Shown here: positions 56,433 through 64,000 of the stretch, piece by piece
How positions within the stretch are numbered: position 1 is the stretch's first letter
Layout: every line of letters starts with the position of its first letter
DNA from: Halarcobacter sp.
Lineage (GTDB): Bacteria; Campylobacterota; Campylobacteria; Campylobacterales; Arcobacteraceae
Direction of reading: 5' to 3'
NCBI GenBank assembly: GCA_963676565.1
Contig: OY781089.1
Location: 2,368,001-2,432,000, forward strand
DNA: 64,000 nucleotides
The notes under the pieces: model-generated
The model's database searches: none
The model's input: the letters and a program-made list of their open reading frames with translations, nothing else
What the model was told of the DNA's origin: nothing
Program-made: the position numbers and the translations under genes

Positions 56433-59378
56433 CTATTTCTTTTCATCAGGACTAACACTATCACCAATTGATTTCAATAATTTAATTGGTGAAGTTATAA
56501 CTCTTTTAAGAAAGTTTACTGGTGCTGTAACACCCTCTTCTAATAGTTTTGTTTTATATTTTGGTTCTTCTAAAGTTCCAAAAATTTCAACTTCTGTATC
56601 AACTCTATTTTCATCCCCTAAAAGTACATAATTTAATACAGGGATTGAACCAACAATTTTTGAATAATCTTTTAAGAATACTAAATGAAGTTTTGAATCA
56701 ATCTTAGAATTATCAAAATTAATAGTAGCATTTCCATCAAAATCAATACCATTACCTTTTGTAGTAATTTTTTCCATATTTAAAAACTTAGAAGCAAAAT
56801 CATAAGTAAAGTCTACTCTTCCTTCAATTACCCTATAACCATTAAGATTAAAACCATCATTTGTTGCCATTCCAACAACAGAAGGTATTGCTAAAAAAGG
56901 ATTTATGATACCAGGAGATGTATTTATCAGAATTAGAAGATTGTTTAAAATTGCTAAATCAAGAATTCTATTTTTTTCTAAAAATGCTGTTCCATATATT
57001 TTCCCATCTTTTCCTGATGCATTTATATTTACAATTCCACCTTTTACTAAGTTTTTTCCTAAAATTGAATTTAAAAACTCATCATTCATATTTTTGGCAT
57101 CAATATTTAAAACACCTTCAAAATCTTTATGATAAACAAATGTAGTATCTTTATATTTTAAATCGATATCCGTTTTATAATTTTCAAATATAAAATTGTA
57201 TGTATCTGCCATTGCTACATATTTTTCATTTATTATAATATTTGAATTTTTCCCATTAATATAATATGAGGTTTTAGAAGACTCATCAGATTCTTGATTT
57301 GTATTATAAATAACATCAAAATCTTCTAAATCCATTGTAATTTTTTCTTTATCAATCTCATATTTTAGTTTTAGTTTTTTATCTTTTGTAATTAAATCAA
57401 CAACTCTATTGTTATAATCACCATTTAACTCTAAACTTCTAACTTGTTTTCCATCTTTTGATATTGGCAAATCTAAATAAAGTGCTTCCCCTTCAAATTT
57501 TACATCTTTGTTTTTAATAAAAATATTTGCCCACGATGTTTTATATTTGTGTCCCTCATCTAAAATTAGAAAAGAGTCTTTAAGCTGTAGATCTATATTT
57601 GGTAAAGATTCACCTTTTGAGTCTTTTTTAGTGTTATTTGATAAATCTAAATCTATATTATTAAGTTTTATAAGTGGATTTTTATCCTTTTCCAAAACTA
57701 TTTGTATATCATTATCATTAGTTTTAACAATAATCAAATCATTTTTAATAGAACCATTAGCACTTAATTTATCTATTTTTTCACCATCTTTACTAAATGG
57801 ATAATCTAAATTTTTTGCATTTATTATAAACTCTACATTGTTTTCGTCAAAAACTTTTACTTTTAAATCACCCTCTTTTATCCCTGCATTATCTAATAAT
57901 TTAGAATAAGGATAAATTTTTCTCAAATCATTTATGTCAATATCTATAGATTTATCATTTATATCAATCTTTGTCTCTAAATCTTTTATATCAATCTTTG
58001 CTGTTTCTTTAAAATCTATATCAAGTTTTGTAGTTATATCTTTTGCATCAATAATAGATTCTTTATCACTTTCAATTTTAAAACTATCTATTTTTGCTTC
58101 ACCCTTAGCAGTTGAAGTATTTGTATCAATAACCAAAGATAAATCACTATCTAGCATCTCTTTGTGCTTAATATGTGAACTTTTAATATCAACAATATTA
58201 TCTTTTAGTTCAACATCTGCTTCAAAAGCTTTAAACTCAAAATCATTTAGTTTTAATAATGCATCTTTTAATTTAAATTCGCCCAAAACCTCCATTTTTC
58301 TAGAAGCTAGATATGGAACTTTTAGATAAACCCTTGATTTCAATTCTCCACTTAACTGTCTTAATGGAAGATTTATTTCATAAGCTTTCAAAATACCTAA
58401 AATATCATTGTTTAACATCGATTCTGACTTTAAATCAACATGTACAACACCCTTTTGTAAACTTGTTAAATCTGTTATATAAACCTTACTACCATAAAGT
58501 TTACTTTCATCGTATGTTGGATTATCTAAATCAAAAGACAAAGTATCATTTTTATAATTAATTGTTAAAAGTTTAGTATCAACAGTTTTTGCTTTTTTAT
58601 TAAATCTAATTTTTGCATCTTTTATATATACTCTTCCTCTTATAGAATCCATAATTGCTTGTTTTTTCTCAATATCAATCTTACCATATAGGTATTCTAG
58701 ATTAATATCTCCCTCAACATTATCATACATCCAACTTTCAGCAACACTATCTAGTCTAAATAACTGTTTTAAAAACTTCATTGATTTAAATGAGTTTTTT
58801 GAATTTACATAAAAATCAAAAATATTATTAGCTACTTGAGTATTTATCTCTCCAAAAACATCTTCATAATAGTAATTACCAAAAAAATTAAATATATTTT
58901 TTGATAAATCTAATTTTGACTTACCAATTAATGTTAAACCACTATGTTTATGGTATATTGAATAAAAATTTAAAAATATCTGTGTAGAATTAATATCTAA
59001 ATTGGCAGAAAGATTTATATCTTTATTATCCAAATAAAGAAGTTTATTATTTAAAGTAACTGTAAACTCATTATCTGCAATTTTTATTCTTTCAACATCA
59101 ATTTTTTTAAAGAAACTTAGTACATTTTTTACATTAGATAAAATATTTAAAATATCTGTCTGTGAGGTTTTATCTTCTTTTGAAGCTAAGAGTTTACTGT
59201 CAATTTTCAACTCATCAATTTCTAAAATGAGTTTTTTATCATATTTTAAATAGAATTGCGACACTGAAAAATTATTAAAAGAGAATGAATCAATTTTTAT
59301 GCCTGAAAATAACGAAACGCCAAGACCTAAAAAAAGAACAAGTAAAACTATTATAATTAGTTTAATAAGCTTTAACAT
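56433..59378 (-). CDS. YhdP/AsmA-like envelope protein
   Basis: N-terminal TM helix, beta-rich body, C-terminal IPVLNYVLLG..IFGTLEEP. Confidence 0.85.
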   Translation of the reverse strand: MLKLIKLIIIVLLVLFLGLGVSLFSGIKIDSFSFNNFSVSQFYLKYDKKLILEIDELKIDSKLLASKEDKTSQTDILNILSNVKNVLSFFKKIDVERIKIADNEFTVTLNNKLLYLDNKDINLSANLDINSTQIFLNFYSIYHKHSGLTLIGKSKLDLSKNIFNFFGNYYYEDVFGEINTQVANNIFDFYVNSKNSFKSMKFLKQLFRLDSVAESWMYDNVEGDINLEYLYGKIDIEKKQAIMDSIRGRVYIKDAKIRFNKKAKTVDTKLLTINYKNDTLSFDLDNPTYDESKLYGSKVYITDLTSLQKGVVHVDLKSESMLNNDILGILKAYEINLPLRQLSGELKSRVYLKVPYLASRKMEVLGEFKLKDALLKLNDFEFKAFEADVELKDNIVDIKSSHIKHKEMLDSDLSLVIDTNTSTAKGEAKIDSFKIESDKESIIDAKDITTKLDIDFKETAKIDIKDLETKIDINDKSIDIDINDLRKIYPYSKLLDNAGIKEGDLKVKVFDENNVEFIINAKNLDYPFSKDGEKIDKLSANGSIKNDLIIVKTNDNDIQIVLEKDKNPLIKLNNIDLDLSNNTKKDSKGESLPNIDLQLKDSFLILDEGHKYKTSWANIFIKNKDVKFEGEALYLDLPISKDGKQVRSLELNGDYNNRVVDLITKDKKLKLKYEIDKEKITMDLEDFDVIYNTNQESDESSKTSYYINGKNSNIIINEKYVAMADTYNFIFENYKTDIDLKYKDTTFVYHKDFEGVLNIDAKNMNDEFLNSILGKNLVKGGIVNINASGKDGKIYGTAFLEKNRILDLAILNNLLILINTSPGIINPFLAIPSVVGMATNDGFNLNGYRVIEGRVDFTYDFASKFLNMEKITTKGNGIDFDGNATINFDNSKIDSKLHLVFLKDYSKIVGSIPVLNYVLLGDENRVDTEVEIFGTLEEPKYKTKLLEEGVTAPVNFLKRVITSPIKLLKSIGDSVSPDEKK

Positions 59379-60420
59379 TATCGAGATGTTCCTTATAGCA
59401 ACTATTGCTGTGCTTTTTTATCTTAACATACCAATAAGCTCAACTAAAGTATTGTATATTCCTAAAGGTAGTACTAGTTCTATTATATCTTATTTGAACA
59501 AAAATGGTTATGAAATGAATCAAATTGATAACATAGTTATAAGACAATTTGGTTACCCCCAAAGTGGTTGGATAGACTTAAAATCTCAATATATGAATAA
59601 AGCAGATTTTTTATATAAATTAACAAAATCAAAGGCTGCTTTAAAAAATATAACTTTAATTCCAGGGGAAACTTATTTTATATTCTTAAAGGAAATCGCT
59701 GAAAAATTTAATCTTTCTGAAGAAAGATTAAAAATCATATATGATAAATATGCTTATAAAAAAGATGGAAATATTTTAGCTGAAACATACTCTTTACCAT
59801 ATGGTATGAAAGAGGATCATCTACTATTTTATCTATTCTCAAATACAAATAAACAATATGAAGAGTTTTCACAAAAAGTATTTGGTTATTATGATAAGAA
59901 AAAATGGTATTACTATATAACAATGGCATCAATTATCCAAAAAGAAGCTGCTACAGTTGATGAGATGCCTTTAGTTTCATCAGTAATCTATAATAGGTTA
60001 AAAAAGGGTATGGCTTTACAAATGGATGGAACTTTAAATTATGGAGAATATTCCCATGTAAAAGTAACAGCCCAAAGAATTAAAGAAGATAATAGTTCAT
60101 ATAATACATATAAAAATAAAGGACTTCCTGCAAATCCAATTTGTGCAGTTAGTTTAGATGCAATTAAAGCTGCTCTTTTCCCTGTAAAAAGTAATTATCT
60201 ATATTTTGTAAAAGACAATAAAACTGGATTACATAAATTTGCTTCAACATATAATGAACATGTTAATAATATTAATGCAAATAGAGGTGTTAAAAAAAGT
60301 TACACTAAAGTAAAAGAAAAAGAGACAAAAATCGACCAAGAAGCTAAAAAAATCATGAAAACTGATGTTTCTAAACAAAAACCCTCAACAATTAAAGATT
60401 TATGGAGTAATGTTAAGTAG
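59299..60420 (+). CDS. mltG: Endolytic transglycosylase MltG
   Basis: ASIIQKE, SVIYNRLKKGMALQMDGT, YNTYKNKGLP, YLYFV. Confidence 0.95.
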   Translation: MPENNETPRPKKRTSKTIIISLISFNIIEMFLIATIAVLFYLNIPISSTKVLYIPKGSTSSIISYLNKNGYEMNQIDNIVIRQFGYPQSGWIDLKSQYMNKADFLYKLTKSKAALKNITLIPGETYFIFLKEIAEKFNLSEERLKIIYDKYAYKKDGNILAETYSLPYGMKEDHLLFYLFSNTNKQYEEFSQKVFGYYDKKKWYYYITMASIIQKEAATVDEMPLVSSVIYNRLKKGMALQMDGTLNYGEYSHVKVTAQRIKEDNSSYNTYKNKGLPANPICAVSLDAIKAALFPVKSNYLYFVKDNKTGLHKFASTYNEHVNNINANRGVKKSYTKVKEKETKIDQEAKKIMKTDVSKQKPSTIKDLWSNVK

Positions 60421-60483
60421 TCATTTGTGAATAATTGAAACAGTCATTTTTTTGTAACTAACCAAATGTTAAAATTCAATTAG

Positions 60484-62733
<2,250 letters not shown>

Positions 62734-62767
62734 AGTAACCAAAAAATTTATCTACATTTGTTAGAAT

Positions 62768-62797
62768 AAAGGCAAGGCTTCGGTCTTGCCTTTTTTT
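62768..62797 (+). terminator. Rho-independent terminator after icd
   Basis: aaaggcaaggc-ttcg-gtcttgccttt followed by a T tract. Confidence 0.9.
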
Positions 62798-62896
62798 ATA
62801 TAAAATATACAATTAGTTTAATTATATTAAATATTAATTTGATATAATTAAACTAATTTATAAATATGATTGTATTTAATTTAAATAAGGATAATT

Positions 62897-63841
62897 ATGG
62901 ATAATAAAAAAGTTGGAATTATTGGAGTTGGAAATGTAGGTTCTACACTTGCATATACCTTAGCTCATAAAGGTATTTGTTCTAAAATAGTTTTAAAAGA
63001 TATTAGAGAAAATATAGTTCAAGCAATGGCTTTAGATATTTCCCAAAGTGCAAATGCTGCTAAATCACATACTATTGTGACATCTGCCAAATCTGGTGTT
63101 GATTTAAAAGGGTGCGATATCATTGTTATAACTGCTGGACTTCCGAGAAAACCAGGTATGAGTAGAGATGATTTACTACTAACAAATGCAAAAATAATTT
63201 CAAGTGTAATAGAAGATATTAAAATCTATGCCCCAAAGAGTAAATTAATAATTGTTTCTAATCCTCTTGATGCCATGGTTTATACAGCAATTAAAACATC
63301 TGGAATGCCTCGAAACCAAGTAATTGGAATGGCTGGAATTTTAGATAGTGCAAGAATGTCTCACTTTATACTTGAAAAAGTTGGTTATGGTGCTGGACAA
63401 ATTGAGTCTTCTGTTATGGGTGGACATGGAGATGATATGGTTCCACTTCCAAACTATTCAACTGTTGCAGGTGTTGCATTACCTGAGATATTAAGTAAGA
63501 ATGATATAAATGATATTGTAGAAAAAACTAAAAATGGTGGACTTCAAATTGTTAAACTTCTGGAAACTGGTTCAGCATATTATGCGCCTGCTCATGCAAC
63601 TTCATTGATGGTTGAAGCTATATTAGATAATAAAAGAAAAATCTATCCTTGTGCAGTGATGCTAGATGGTGAATATGGTTATGAGAATATAGTTGGTGGA
63701 GTTCCTATTATGTTAGGAAGTAATGGTATAGAAAAAATTATAGAGTTAAATTTAAATGATGAACAAAAAGAATTATTTGAAAAATCGATAAATTCAGTAA
63801 AAGAGCTTGCTAATACACTTGAAGAAAGATTTTTTAATTAA
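62897..63841 (+). CDS. mdh: Malate dehydrogenase (LDH-like)
   Basis: GVGNVG, TAGLPRKPGMSRDDLL, LDSAR, GGHGDDMVP. Confidence 0.96.
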   Translation: MDNKKVGIIGVGNVGSTLAYTLAHKGICSKIVLKDIRENIVQAMALDISQSANAAKSHTIVTSAKSGVDLKGCDIIVITAGLPRKPGMSRDDLLLTNAKIISSVIEDIKIYAPKSKLIIVSNPLDAMVYTAIKTSGMPRNQVIGMAGILDSARMSHFILEKVGYGAGQIESSVMGGHGDDMVPLPNYSTVAGVALPEILSKNDINDIVEKTKNGGLQIVKLLETGSAYYAPAHATSLMVEAILDNKRKIYPCAVMLDGEYGYENIVGGVPIMLGSNGIEKIIELNLNDEQKELFEKSINSVKELANTLEERFFN

Positions 63842-63902
63842 TCAATACTAACTACACACTAAAATGGTATTATAAATAAATTTTTCAAATGAAGGATTAA
63901 AA

Positions 63903-64000
63903 ATGACAAAAACATATGAAGTACTAAATGTAAAATGTGGAGGGTGTGCAAATACTTTAATCAATGGATTAAAAGATCAATTTGGTAAAGTAGAAGTTGA
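63903..64000 (+). CDS. Heavy-metal-associated (HMA/CopZ-like) protein, truncated by the window end
   Basis: MTKTYEVLNVKCGGCANTL...; GAAGGA RBS. Confidence 0.85.
   Translation, partial: MTKTYEVLNVKCGGCANTLINGLKDQFGKVEV

Noticed and set aside
56905..59932. Short ORFs overlapping the YhdP-like gene and mltG
   Set aside because: Antisense shadows with no recognisable motifs.

Overview
AT-rich chromosomal segment of a Campylobacterota bacterium. Gene content (secA-lolA-mltG-icd-mdh, ectABC-ask, many GGDEF/EAL proteins) fits a marine Arcobacteraceae; this taxonomy is inferred. Bases 1 to ~20309 are the right part of an integrative element ending in an isolated 3' half of tRNA-Leu(CAA), the probable att site; the element continues left of the window. 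It carries a tyrosine integrase, an AbiEii-type toxin-antitoxin pair, a 1003-aa protein with a degenerate primase-helicase domain, helically phased TGAGAA repeats, a Rep_trans-like initiator, two convergent excisionase-like paralogs, a DUF932/Gp157/Rad52/DUF2958 recombination module and the start of a probable MksBEF/Wadjet-like operon. The best candidate for an undescribed system is a six-gene operon at 1628-9315: dynamin-like GTPase, membrane-anchored protein, HerA/FtsK-like ATPase with a Ser/Thr-rich segment, LHH nuclease toxin, SMI1/KNR4 immunity protein and WYL regulator. The rest of the window has signalling genes, a short flagellin, a DccRS-like two-component system, ectABC-ask, a complete C-P lyase (phn) operon with a PhnF operator, a Pho box and an ArsK-like MFS transporter, RNase P RNA and housekeeping genes. 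All family calls come from motif recognition by eye; no searches were run.
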